The position numbers and the translations under genes are program-made. From the IMG/VR virus record IMGVR_UViG_3300025902_000018: a stretch of 64,000 nucleotides of DNA; one strand, 5' to 3'. Positions within the stretch are counted from its first letter, which is position 1. Each line of letters opens with the position of its first letter. This document shows, in pieces, positions 40,517 through 50,141 of the stretch. Origin of the DNA: an uncultured virus (IMG/VR IMGVR_UViG_3300025902_000018). Its lineage: Duplodnaviria > Heunggongvirae > Uroviricota > Caudoviricetes. The notes below the pieces were generated by a model. That model saw only the letters and a list, made by a program, of their open reading frames with translations. It was not told the DNA's origin and did not search any database.

Positions 40517-40799
40517 TATAACACGCTTAACACCCAACCCGGAAAATGGCATAAAAATGAAAGCAAGTGAACTTGTGGCTGTTCTTCAAGACAAAATTGA
40601 CTCACAAGGGGATCAAGACATCTTCATCAAAGACAACAAAGTTTTTTTTGGTGACCTCGACAAACTTCTTCAATCTCAAGGCATCCCAAAAGCCATTGAA
40701 GATTACCTTGTTCATGCCAAAAAGGTAGTTGAGTCACGTCATGATTACTACTGATTTTTTTAAAGAACTCCCGGAGTCAATTCAAGAAACATTCAACGC

Positions 40800-40828
40800 T
40801 TGACAAGATTATCATCTCCGATTATAAT
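40800..40828 (+). promoter_or_regulatory. Perfect sigma70 promoter
   Basis: TTGACA-17-TATAAT. Confidence 0.8.
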
Positions 40829-40967
40829 GGTTTAAGGTTCTAAAGTTCTTAAAGGCCTAGAAGAACAGAAGGGTTAGGGGCGAGCAAAAAAGCTCGCCCC
40901 TAGAAACTTAAAGAATTTTAAGAACTTAAAGAACTTAAGCAGATTAAACTCAGAAAGGGTAGAACAG

Positions 40968-41537
40968 ATGAACTCAACTTCGGTAAAAAACTACTTCATT
41001 CGTCAAATTCTTTCCTATGGTGTTCTCACTGAAGGTTCCTTTGAGTTAAATAGTGGAGTAATCAGTCCCTTCTACTTTGAATTTGAAAAGTTCAATGACG
41101 GAAAAGCCTTAAACGCTTTAGGGTTTACTTTTCTGGCAGCCGCTAGAGAATTGGATCTAAACTATGATGTAGTTTATGGTACCGCCTATAAAGGGGCTAT
41201 ATTGGCCCTGGCCATGTCATGTTATTCAAGAAACCTATCCTATGTAGTTGAACGTAAAGAAGCTAAAGAGAGAAACAACAAAGGATTCTTAATTGGGTCT
41301 TCCATAGAGAACAAAGACGTTCTGATAGTTGATGATGTAGCCACGTCGTTAAAGTCGCTTAGAAGGTCTTTAGAGATTGTATCGAAGTTCAATGTCAACA
41401 CTATAAGCATTCTAGTGGGAGTAAATAGAACTGGACTTGAATATCCAATGGTGGAAGATTGTCCAGTCAATTATATTGTCGACTTCACTGAGGTTTTGAC
41501 CAAGTTTAATCCCAAGATGGAGGAACACTCCGTCTAA
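40968..41537 (+). CDS. pyrE: Orotate phosphoribosyltransferase
   Basis: GSFELNSGVISPFYF, GTAYKG, RKEAKE, VLIVDDVATS. Confidence 0.88.
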   Translation: MNSTSVKNYFIRQILSYGVLTEGSFELNSGVISPFYFEFEKFNDGKALNALGFTFLAAARELDLNYDVVYGTAYKGAILALAMSCYSRNLSYVVERKEAKERNNKGFLIGSSIENKDVLIVDDVATSLKSLRRSLEIVSKFNVNTISILVGVNRTGLEYPMVEDCPVNYIVDFTEVLTKFNPKMEEHSV

Positions 41538-41557
41538 ATAGCGTAAAGAAGGGTGTC

Positions 41558-41701
41558 ATGAAAGAGGTAGTTCGAAGAAGATCGAAGTTAAAACAAATTG
41601 TCAGAAGTCACCTGTTTAGACAGAGAGTAGTGGGGTCAAAGAAGGGAAAGGGGTCCTACCGAAGGACTGAAAGAAACAATTCTGAGGAAACTTCAACGTG
41701 A
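41558..41701 (+). CDS. arfA: Alternative ribosome-rescue factor A (47 aa, below the ORF-track cutoff)
   Basis: MKEVVRRRSKLKQIVRSHLFRQRVVGSKKGKGSYRRTERNNSEETST; LFRQRV...KKGKGSY.R signature. Confidence 0.85.
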   Translation: MKEVVRRRSKLKQIVRSHLFRQRVVGSKKGKGSYRRTERNNSEETST

Positions 41702-42027
41702 ACATCCATGCCCAATTCAAGTCTACTCTTCAGGCTCTTGCCTGTCTACAGGCGTCATCCAGTTCCGAAGCAACCCCACCAATGTATGAGTTTGACCATT
41801 GGATTCTTGTTCAAATCAATGAACCCATGAAAACTAAGGTGGGGTTATCCTTCGATAAAGGTGAGCTAACTATTGCAAAACCTGGACAACAGTTTGGAGT
41901 AGACATGTTTGGAAATTCTGTTGAGAAGATGTTGGTTTGGTCATTTAAGAATCAACGAGTTGTTCTAGTTCCCTCTCAACACACTTCAACACTAGAAGGC
42001 GAATGTTCAACGATCAGAATCATGTGA
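41698..42027 (+). CDS. Hypothetical, paralog of 39827-40117
   Basis: Shared motifs as above. Confidence 0.6.
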   Translation: MNIHAQFKSTLQALACLQASSSSEATPPMYEFDHWILVQINEPMKTKVGLSFDKGELTIAKPGQQFGVDMFGNSVEKMLVWSFKNQRVVLVPSQHTSTLEGECSTIRIM

Positions 42028-42032
42028 CTTCC

Positions 42033-42341
42033 ATGGCTAATCACAAGCCAGTGATTAAAGCAGTTATCTTTGATAAGAAGGGTAGGATTCTTTCTGAAGC
42101 TGAGAACTCGTATACTAAGACTCACCCTTACCAGAAGAGATTAGCTGAAAAATCTAAGAATCCTCATAGGATATATCTTCATGCAGAGATTGCTGCTTTA
42201 GTACGATGCAGGGGGACTCCTTATAAAATTTCTATAACTAGAACTAATGCTAAGGGTGAATTGGTATTGGCTAAGCCATGTGATATATGTGAATTAGCCA
42301 TAAAGGAAGCAGGAATAAAGATTGTTGAATTTTCAATCTGA
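42033..42341 (+). CDS. Cytidine/dCMP deaminase-fold protein
   Basis: LHAEIAAL...AKPCDIC. Confidence 0.8.
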   Translation: MANHKPVIKAVIFDKKGRILSEAENSYTKTHPYQKRLAEKSKNPHRIYLHAEIAALVRCRGTPYKISITRTNAKGELVLAKPCDICELAIKEAGIKIVEFSI

Positions 42342-42369
42342 ACAAAATTAAACTCTAGAAGGAGTCTTT

Positions 42370-43665
42370 ATGTTTGAATACGTTGCCTCAGGGTTAAGTC
42401 ATACCCGAATAACTAGCGAATACAGTGGTTCTCATTCTACAACACAGATGATTGTTAAAGATATTTCATCTTCAGTTCAAGATCACCACAATCATAAAAT
42501 ATCTGTTCTGTACAATGCCTATACGGAAGAAAAGTTTTCACAAAAAATCCCACGAGTATTTGGTCCTGAGTATAAGAACATCTATTCTGATTCAGGTGGG
42601 CTACAGATTCTAACCTTGGGTAAACAGTTTACTCCAGAACTAAAGCGCAGGATCTATAGGAATCAGGGCTTGTATTCTGACTTCGCCATGTCGTTTGATG
42701 AGATCCCTATTGAAAATGTGTCATCCAGTACGTCTATTACATCCAAAAATAATAAGGTATTTAATTCATCGTTATTGAATGACTATGCCAAAAAGTCAGG
42801 AAACAATCTCAAGGAACAAATTCAGATATTTCAGGAGTTAGGGACAGACCGAAGAGCAACCATTCTCCCTATTATTCAAGGAAACACCATTCAAGGGTGT
42901 AAAGACTGGTTCTACTACCTCTTCGACCCGTTGACTGAAGAAGAACGAGCAATAACTTCTGGACTGTCATTCTCAATGGCAGCCTATGGGATTGGAATAA
43001 AGGAAGAACTTGAACGGATTATTCTAATGGAAGAGTTGAAGGAGTTCTATTCACATTGCCATCTTCTTGGGATATCGTCAATTCAACGTTTCCTCCCACT
43101 ACTTATTATGAAGTATAATGGCTTCTTAAAAAATGTAGACTATCTATCATACGACTCTACTACCTTAACTTCCAATATAAGCAGAGGGCGATATTTTGAT
43201 AAGAAAGGACAACAGATTGGTTTAGGCAGATTTAAGACCCCTATAGTGACTCATGTAGTTGAAGATATGTTGGACAATATTAAAGAATTCAATCCTGGAC
43301 TCCTAGAAAGATATTCACTTGACTTAAATGAAGATATATTGTATGCTTCAATCTGTCAGCCATCGAAATTTGAGAAGTGTAGTGGTTATACTAAGGAATA
43401 TTCGGGAGTCTACAAATTCCTATTCTATATTTCACAGGCATACAACTTCACTCGGTTGTTTAACAACTCTTTAGAGTATAAGAGCGAACTGGAAAACCTA
43501 ATCTCCAAGTATGGCTATGGATTCTCTGGATCCTTATTTTCATTATTAGAGAATGTTCATTCTATCGAGGAATATGTCGAGTGGGAATCGCATGTAGGGA
43601 GCTCCTTAAAATCTAGAAAAATTACTCATAAATCCACTATAGATTTCAACTCCATGTTCGATTGA
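42370..43665 (+). CDS. dpdA: DNA 7-deazaguanine transglycosylase (TGT fold, DpdA2-like)
   Basis: YSDSGGLQ, MSFDEIP, PIIQG, HLLG, SYDST; directly upstream of gat-queC. Confidence 0.8.
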   Translation: MFEYVASGLSHTRITSEYSGSHSTTQMIVKDISSSVQDHHNHKISVLYNAYTEEKFSQKIPRVFGPEYKNIYSDSGGLQILTLGKQFTPELKRRIYRNQGLYSDFAMSFDEIPIENVSSSTSITSKNNKVFNSSLLNDYAKKSGNNLKEQIQIFQELGTDRRATILPIIQGNTIQGCKDWFYYLFDPLTEEERAITSGLSFSMAAYGIGIKEELERIILMEELKEFYSHCHLLGISSIQRFLPLLIMKYNGFLKNVDYLSYDSTTLTSNISRGRYFDKKGQQIGLGRFKTPIVTHVVEDMLDNIKEFNPGLLERYSLDLNEDILYASICQPSKFEKCSGYTKEYSGVYKFLFYISQAYNFTRLFNNSLEYKSELENLISKYGYGFSGSLFSLLENVHSIEEYVEWESHVGSSLKSRKITHKSTIDFNSMFD

Positions 43666-43675
43666 GGATTTCAAC

Positions 43676-45568
43676 ATGTGCTCTATTTCAGGTGGTATCT
43701 CCTGGTTGTCTGGATCAGCTTTAGATTTGGAATTTATCAAAAAGTTAGTAGTTGAAGGCTCTACTCGTGGACGGGATTCATTTGGGATTGCATATCCACT
43801 TCAAGGGGTGTCTGATAAGTTTATCGGCTCATCAGAGATAATTGACTTCTCTATCAGAAACTGTTCGCTTTTTCTTGCCAACAACCGGGCTGAACCTACT
43901 ACTGAGTTTGTTAAGCATAAACAGTTGACTGATGTTCAGCCCTATACTGTGGGCCCCATTACCTTAGTTCATAATGGTACGATTGCAAATGATCAAGACT
44001 TGGAGAAAGAATTAGGGTGTTCATCCCGAAGAACTACTTCTATAGATTCAGAAATGTTAGGGTTTGTTCTTTCTGAACGGTGGGATGGAGTGGATGTAGA
44101 CTCCTTGGTTAAACTGTTGTCAGAGACTGTTGTTGGCTCTATTGCTTTAGCCTTTTACGATACTCGGAATCCACGCTCAGTGTGGTTGGCTGTAAATTAC
44201 AAACCACTAACCTTATTCTTAGCTACTGATAACTCGTCAATGTATTTTTCTTCGTTAGAAGAATATGCAGACTTAGACGTTGAAACGTACTCAACGTCAC
44301 CCTTTAAGAAGATTGAGGTTCCCCCATATACCCTTATCCAAGTAAAGGATGGAACCCTTAAAACCTACTCGTTATGGAAAGATTCAGGAGTATCCCAGAA
44401 GAGGGCATTAGTTATTGCCTCTTCTGGGTTGGATTCTACGGTCTGCGCTTCTTGGTCAAAACATCAAGGATATGACACTCACCTATTGCATTTCAATTAT
44501 GGGTGTAAGGCAACCGGCCGTGAACTGGAACAGATTGCCGCTATTGCAGAAGATCTACAACTGCCGTTAACTGTCATGCCTATTCCATTTTTTAAAAACG
44601 ACATCGGATCGTCAAGACTGTTTGAAACGGAAGATGTAGTTTCTACAGAGCGGTCAGGCATTTCAGGGGCTGAACTTGCTTTGGAGTGGGTTCCAGCTCG
44701 AAATCTTATTTTTATGTCTATTGCGGCAGGATTCGCCGAAGCAAACAAATTCGACTATATTATTCTAGGTGGTAATCTAGAGGAGTCTGGTTGTATCTTA
44801 AACACAGAGGCTAATAGGTTAGAAACAGGGACTGGACTCTGGAAACTTCCTTCAGAAATTGAAGTGGGTGATGAACTGTTGACCTTAGACTCAACTGGGG
44901 GTCAGGTACGGACTCAGGTAAAACAAATATTTCTAAGTACGTTTGAGTCTTATGTTCGACTGGTATTCAAGACCCCTACCGCAGAACAGGAAGTTGAGTG
45001 TTCCAACGAACATCCCTTCTACGTGTTTAATGAAGGCTGGGTATCTGCAGGCTATTTGGAACTTGGGGATGAAGTTGTTGTCAGTTCTCAGTCTGATGAA
45101 CGTCCAGTTGCTGTTTTGGTAAAGAAAGAGTTTATTGCTACTCCAGTAGACACCTTCAACTTCTACTGTGAACCCCATAACAGTTTTTGTATTGGAGAAC
45201 TGGGACTTCTCTCTCACAACTCCTATCCTGATAATGAATTCATTTTTCAGAAAAAATTCAATGAGATTTTACCTTTTGCATTAAATCTCAATAACCGGGT
45301 AGAGGTTCTAACCCCTGTTGCTCATCTCATGAAACATGAAATAGTTAAATTAGGAAAGGAACTGGGAACCCCTTTTAACCTAACCTGGTCATGTTATAAG
45401 AACTTAAAGACTCCTTGTAGTGAATGTGGTCCTGATTTTATGCGGAGAATGGGCTTTAAAATGAATGGGTGGATAGACCCACAAGCAGCAGATCAGTCCT
45501 CGACTTTTTGGGAAGGGTGTGTTAGACTGGAACGAAGTGAAGAAAAAACAACCTGGAGAACACTATGA
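43676..45568 (+). CDS. queC: Gat-QueC fusion with cis mini-intein
   Basis: MCSISG Ntn nucleophile, RGRDSFG, HNGTIAND; SSGLDS, VPARNLIF, SYPDN, TWSCY. Confidence 0.92.
   Translation: MCSISGGISWLSGSALDLEFIKKLVVEGSTRGRDSFGIAYPLQGVSDKFIGSSEIIDFSIRNCSLFLANNRAEPTTEFVKHKQLTDVQPYTVGPITLVHNGTIANDQDLEKELGCSSRRTTSIDSEMLGFVLSERWDGVDVDSLVKLLSETVVGSIALAFYDTRNPRSVWLAVNYKPLTLFLATDNSSMYFSSLEEYADLDVETYSTSPFKKIEVPPYTLIQVKDGTLKTYSLWKDSGVSQKRALVIASSGLDSTVCASWSKHQGYDTHLLHFNYGCKATGRELEQIAAIAEDLQLPLTVMPIPFFKNDIGSSRLFETEDVVSTERSGISGAELALEWVPARNLIFMSIAAGFAEANKFDYIILGGNLEESGCILNTEANRLETGTGLWKLPSEIEVGDELLTLDSTGGQVRTQVKQIFLSTFESYVRLVFKTPTAEQEVECSNEHPFYVFNEGWVSAGYLELGDEVVVSSQSDERPVAVLVKKEFIATPVDTFNFYCEPHNSFCIGELGLLSHNSYPDNEFIFQKKFNEILPFALNLNNRVEVLTPVAHLMKHEIVKLGKELGTPFNLTWSCYKNLKTPCSECGPDFMRRMGFKMNGWIDPQAADQSSTFWEGCVRLERSEEKTTWRTL
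44792..45220 (+). other. Contiguous mini-intein (143 aa, no endonuclease)
   Basis: EESG|CILNTEA...CSNEHPF...TFNFYCE...LLSHN|SYPDN. Confidence 0.9.
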
Positions 45569-46338
45569 TCACGTATTCAGATAATCTGGCCGACAAGTAT
45601 AATGAATATCATTCACTTTCCTCAAATATCTTTGATCTTCAGTTGCAAAAGATTAAAGGCTATTTGAACACTTCAGAGACCACCTGGATCTTAGACGTAG
45701 GATGTGGCTCTGGTCGGTTATTGAAACCTTTGATTGAGAATAGGATATCTAATGTTATTGGAGTAGAAAAGTCTGAAGCTATGTTCCAACAGTGTTGTGA
45801 AAATACCAAACAACTTGCCCCAGGGTCGTTGAGTTATAATCTAGTAAACCTAGATTTTAATGAGTTTCTCCTCCAGAATGGAAGTAGCAAGTTGCAACTT
45901 GATGGGGCCTACTTTTCGTTCTCACTTCACCAGATTGGAAAGTCAAAATTAGAGCAGTTGGAGCTGTTAGAACGAACATTCTCAGTCTTAAAACCCCATT
46001 CTCCAATTTTGGTCATTACGGTAACCGAACGACAGTTTGAAGATATTACTATAAACCAGTTGATCCCTTCGGTGAGTAAAATTGACAAGGAACGATTCCT
46101 TACCCTTGAAACCTACAAGAACTTTTTCAATGTCTCTGTGATTGAAGATCAACGGTTGTTCTACCCCATGACCGTTGCTGCGTTAAAAGAACGCATTCAA
46201 AATAGATATATTTCAACACTCCAACTGGTTCCGAAGGAAGAGATTGAGTTTGGCCTAAACCAACTATCAAAGTATCCTGAACATCGACTCCTGGATTACA
46301 GTGATTGTTATTCCTATTTGGTTCTTTCAAAAAAATGA
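45565..46338 (+). CDS. Class I SAM-dependent methyltransferase
   Basis: ILDVGCGSG, GVEKSEAM; start overlaps the queC stop. Confidence 0.85.
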   Translation: MITYSDNLADKYNEYHSLSSNIFDLQLQKIKGYLNTSETTWILDVGCGSGRLLKPLIENRISNVIGVEKSEAMFQQCCENTKQLAPGSLSYNLVNLDFNEFLLQNGSSKLQLDGAYFSFSLHQIGKSKLEQLELLERTFSVLKPHSPILVITVTERQFEDITINQLIPSVSKIDKERFLTLETYKNFFNVSVIEDQRLFYPMTVAALKERIQNRYISTLQLVPKEEIEFGLNQLSKYPEHRLLDYSDCYSYLVLSKK

Positions 46339-47291
46339 GAAATTTACTCTGGGCATATAAGACTGCATTGTCGTCTATGGATGAACGAATAATTCATCCT
46401 TTTACTGAATTTGAAATTCAACCCCTGTTCGCGAAAGAATGGATTGATAGATTGATTCCTCTCTACCAAGAGTTTGTCCCAAAGGGACCTGTCCAGCACT
46501 ACTTTCTGAATAGATCAGTAACAAGGTCTATGTTTATTACTGATCTTCTGGATAACTATTATGCGTACTTTGGTCAACAAAAGTTTGAAGAAAACTTAGC
46601 CATACTAAAAACCTTCTGGAGAAAGATCTATAACGAACTTTATGGCAGTGAGTTTGAAGGGGCAGACCCCTTCTCCCAGTTCACTAATAAACCAATAGGG
46701 GATAGACTTCACCCTGAATTCTACTTTTATCAGACAGATGCCTTGTTTGAAACTCTTGCATTATGTTTTGCTATTTCTTATGCAAAAAACTTTGACATTA
46801 TGGCTGATAACACTTATGAAATTACCGGACTTTATCATCAATCAGATAAACTGATTCAAAAAAACACCTTCCATCGTATCTTGGATCATAAAAACATAGT
46901 GTTATATACCTGGGGAAATAGGCCTATTGCTAGGACAGAAATCACTTTCTTTCAGGAACCTAAGCACGTTCAGATTGATATATTTGGCCATTCAACTCAG
47001 AATGGGTTAAATTCTATTGCTGGATTCCTAAACAATGTACCTCTATTGAACTCAGACATTCCAGCACTGAACCGTGCGCTAACTTCTGAATTGAATAGGT
47101 TTATCCTCAGAAATAAGAGGGCGGCCGTAGAAAGTAAGATATGTAGATATCTTCAAACAAGGCTGTCACGGTATAAGCGGTTAAGTGTGGTGTTAAATAT
47201 TGATACCCTGACTCGACACCCAGGACCACTATCACCAAGGTTGTCAAAAACAGCCATGGAAGACACGTTAGCATTAGCTTTAGGTGGGTGA
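46335..47291 (+). CDS. Hypothetical protein in the modification operon
   Basis: Translationally coupled ORF. Confidence 0.65.
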   Translation: MRNLLWAYKTALSSMDERIIHPFTEFEIQPLFAKEWIDRLIPLYQEFVPKGPVQHYFLNRSVTRSMFITDLLDNYYAYFGQQKFEENLAILKTFWRKIYNELYGSEFEGADPFSQFTNKPIGDRLHPEFYFYQTDALFETLALCFAISYAKNFDIMADNTYEITGLYHQSDKLIQKNTFHRILDHKNIVLYTWGNRPIARTEITFFQEPKHVQIDIFGHSTQNGLNSIAGFLNNVPLLNSDIPALNRALTSELNRFILRNKRAAVESKICRYLQTRLSRYKRLSVVLNIDTLTRHPGPLSPRLSKTAMEDTLALALGG

Positions 47292-48229
47292 AAATGGAAC
47301 AAAAAATTGTTTATAGGAATAGTCCGACGTGGAATGTAGAAAAGAACTACTACATCAAGAAGGATTCAGTCTCTGATGAAGCTATTCTTTTTGTTCTCCC
47401 GTGTACTGGAGGGGCTAGATACGGGGACTACTTTCATGGAAGCTCCTACTCAAGTCCCTGTTCATGGAGAACAGCAGACTTCCAGTTTAGAAAGTTTAGA
47501 AAAGATATCCTGTTTGCTGCATGTTCTTCAGTAGCCTACCACTTCGATCCAACTGGAGGATCACTGGTATTTGAACATGAGAATGACAGGGTAAAGTCAA
47601 ACAACGATTTTGGTATGCCTGCATCTTCAAAGTTTTCGTGTTACAACGGTAAAAATCCTTGCTTTGATATAAACATTCTCATTGAAGGGTTAAAAGAAGG
47701 ATTGACTAGGGCATTCACGGAGTTTAAGATAAAGAACATCTTTGCTATTCTTACCCCATTGGCCTATAAAGTGGCATTCTCTACTGCGGTCACTGAATTG
47801 AAATTATGGGACAAAGTTGTTCTTTGTGATATAAAAAGAATGGGAGCAACCAACTTTTTCATAAAGTTGTTTTTGGTATTTCGGGTTCTTAAGTTCAAGT
47901 ATACCGGGATTTTTTCATCTTCCCCAGTATCATTTACTACCATCCACAAACCAGTAACAGAGAAACGATTTGAGTATTGGAATATCCCTGAATACTTCGA
48001 AGAATTGCCCTTTCCTCTCTATAAAATATGGATTGAGTCTGAAGGCAAAACGGACTACTTCTTGATATTGGAAGAACATAAAGATCTTCCAATTTCAGAG
48101 TTGTTACTGCTCTATCAATTCCCTATTTTTGGGTCGTTCCAAGTTGTAAAAACTGAACATTTTGAGATTGCCCCGTGGTCAAAGTCAACAAGTCCTTTGA
48201 TTGGCTGTTCTGTGGTTGAAAGTTTTTAG
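47288..48229 (+). CDS. Hypothetical protein in the modification operon
   Basis: Coupled ORF; ILFVLPCT weakly recalls DUF5591/ArcS-type motifs. Confidence 0.6.
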   Translation: MKMEQKIVYRNSPTWNVEKNYYIKKDSVSDEAILFVLPCTGGARYGDYFHGSSYSSPCSWRTADFQFRKFRKDILFAACSSVAYHFDPTGGSLVFEHENDRVKSNNDFGMPASSKFSCYNGKNPCFDINILIEGLKEGLTRAFTEFKIKNIFAILTPLAYKVAFSTAVTELKLWDKVVLCDIKRMGATNFFIKLFLVFRVLKFKYTGIFSSSPVSFTTIHKPVTEKRFEYWNIPEYFEELPFPLYKIWIESEGKTDYFLILEEHKDLPISELLLLYQFPIFGSFQVVKTEHFEIAPWSKSTSPLIGCSVVESF

Positions 48230-48245
48230 TTCTTAGAGTAATCCC

Positions 48246-48800
48246 ATGATCGAGAACTTTTCAGATCTTCAAGTATTTGCTAAAAAACTGATAACTACCC
48301 GTCAACTTGATGCTATGGTAAAGACCTTAGCATTAGAAGTAGACAAACAGTTCTTCTTCTCAAAATTAGAATGTATTGTGTTAATGAATGGTGCTTACCA
48401 GTTGGTGTCGGACCTATCAAAGTGGCTAACAGTTCCTTCAATCATGAACTTTGTTAGAGTTTCAAGATATAAAGACGATAAACCAACGGGATGTTTGTCA
48501 AACATCCATATCCCACTTCTGGCTAAGGATGGAAGACCCCTCTTAGTAATTGACGACGTCTTTGACGAAGGGGTAACTCTTTATGAAGTGGTAAAGTCAT
48601 TACAACTTAATGCCCCAGAACGGCATGTCTACAGTCTAGTCCTCTTCAATAAGAAGAAGGTTAGGGGTATCACCTACAAACCAGATTTTGTTGGATCAGA
48701 GATCGAAGATACCTATATCTTCGGGTATGGAATGGATCTTTCGTTAAAGTGGAGACACTTACCTGAAGTGTGGGAGGTCACTTCACCCCAGACTAAATAG
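48246..48800 (+). CDS. hpt: Hypoxanthine-guanine phosphoribosyltransferase
   Basis: VLMNGA, VSRY, LVIDDVFDEGVTL, IFGYGMD, WRHLP. Confidence 0.88.
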   Translation: MIENFSDLQVFAKKLITTRQLDAMVKTLALEVDKQFFFSKLECIVLMNGAYQLVSDLSKWLTVPSIMNFVRVSRYKDDKPTGCLSNIHIPLLAKDGRPLLVIDDVFDEGVTLYEVVKSLQLNAPERHVYSLVLFNKKKVRGITYKPDFVGSEIEDTYIFGYGMDLSLKWRHLPEVWEVTSPQTK

Positions 48801-48827
48801 ATGTTCAAGCCCAAACAGGAGAGCAAA

Positions 48828-50042
48828 ATGCCAAAATTTTCAATTAGGAAACTGCCGTTAGCCGTAGGTCTATCCATGGGAATTATGTCCCTTCCTTCTC
48901 ATTCGGATGACATCCTTTTCCCAATGGTGATTTCATCAAATACTGTAACCACACTATTGTCGGTAGTGAACTCAGGATCAACTGAGACACTTCATTACCG
49001 TTTCTACTATAAGACTTTAGAAACTCAAGATGCATGTGAAGAAGTCAACTTTAAACAACCTTCGAGTCCAAATGATCTAGTCACCTTTGATGTCAGTGGA
49101 GTCTTTGGTGATTCTACTGGAGTTTTGTTTGAACCTACAACTTCAATTACCTACCGACCTTTTTCCCCGTTTAAATCAGTTAAACCAGTCAGGGCTTTCG
49201 CAATGGTAGACTCTAATGATTCACAGACTCCACATCCCGACCAGAGTCTAAGTGGGGAAGCCTTAGTGATTGATTTCACAAACGGGTCTTTCTGGGGTTA
49301 TATTGCCATGAATGCGTTACCTATCAATGGGGTAACTGCAAACAGGAGTGTGGTTGTCGGTAATCCATTTGATTTTTCAGACCGAGTTGAACGGACTGGA
49401 GAAGTTCTTACTCAGAACTCTAAAGGGGTAACCACTTCTATTCTACCTTTTGAGGCTGGAACTGAAACAGCATTTTTAGTCACTCCTATTGCTACTACCA
49501 GTCCATTCCAGCTTAGTGGGTCTACATCGACCACCTTAGGGCTTAGGATTCCAGAGGAGAATGGGTTAGCTACTGGAGTCATGTTCGATCGAGATGAAAA
49601 TCCTTTCTCCGGAGTTCAAGATAAACAAGTCACCTGTGTAGGTCGAGTTGATGTAGGGTCACTTCTCTCTGAAGCCACTAAACAATATCTTCAAGATCTA
49701 GGAGGCTGGACTTCAGTGAAACCTACTTCAGGCCAGGCTATTGTCTTTAAGCTCGAATACAACGACTCCCCAGAGTTTGCTGGTGTTCCCCTAGGAGTAG
49801 GATCAGTGAACAATGCAATCTGGCTTAGGGAAGGAAATCGAGAATCGGTTACGAAGGATAATTTGACGGGTACCCAACTCCCGGTGAATCCTACCTTCTT
49901 CACTCCAGAAGAGTCGCCATTCCCTCTCATTGATGTGCCAAAAGCAGTACAGTTTAATCTTCCTTGGCCACCTAATGATACAGTTACCGCATTCTCTTAT
50001 ATCGAGAAGGGAGCTTACTCGGGGGTGACCTCTAAGCAGTGA
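48828..50042 (+). CDS. Secreted/surface beta-rich protein
   Basis: Signal-peptide-like MPKFSIRKLPLAVGLSMGIMSLPSHS; GGAG RBS; ACTAAATA at 48792. Confidence 0.6.
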   Translation: MPKFSIRKLPLAVGLSMGIMSLPSHSDDILFPMVISSNTVTTLLSVVNSGSTETLHYRFYYKTLETQDACEEVNFKQPSSPNDLVTFDVSGVFGDSTGVLFEPTTSITYRPFSPFKSVKPVRAFAMVDSNDSQTPHPDQSLSGEALVIDFTNGSFWGYIAMNALPINGVTANRSVVVGNPFDFSDRVERTGEVLTQNSKGVTTSILPFEAGTETAFLVTPIATTSPFQLSGSTSTTLGLRIPEENGLATGVMFDRDENPFSGVQDKQVTCVGRVDVGSLLSEATKQYLQDLGGWTSVKPTSGQAIVFKLEYNDSPEFAGVPLGVGSVNNAIWLREGNRESVTKDNLTGTQLPVNPTFFTPEESPFPLIDVPKAVQFNLPWPPNDTVTAFSYIEKGAYSGVTSKQ

Positions 50043-50056
50043 GGTTGGTCTAAATG

Positions 50057-50083
50057 AAAAGGGACCTTAAAGGTCCCTTTTTT
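50057..50083 (+). terminator. Intrinsic terminator
   Basis: aaaagggacc-ttaaa-ggtcccttttt. Confidence 0.75.
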
Positions 50084-50141
50084 GTTCTTGAACTTTAAGG
50101 AAGGGTGTGTTAAACTTCAGTTTTCCAGCAGAGGAACGTCG

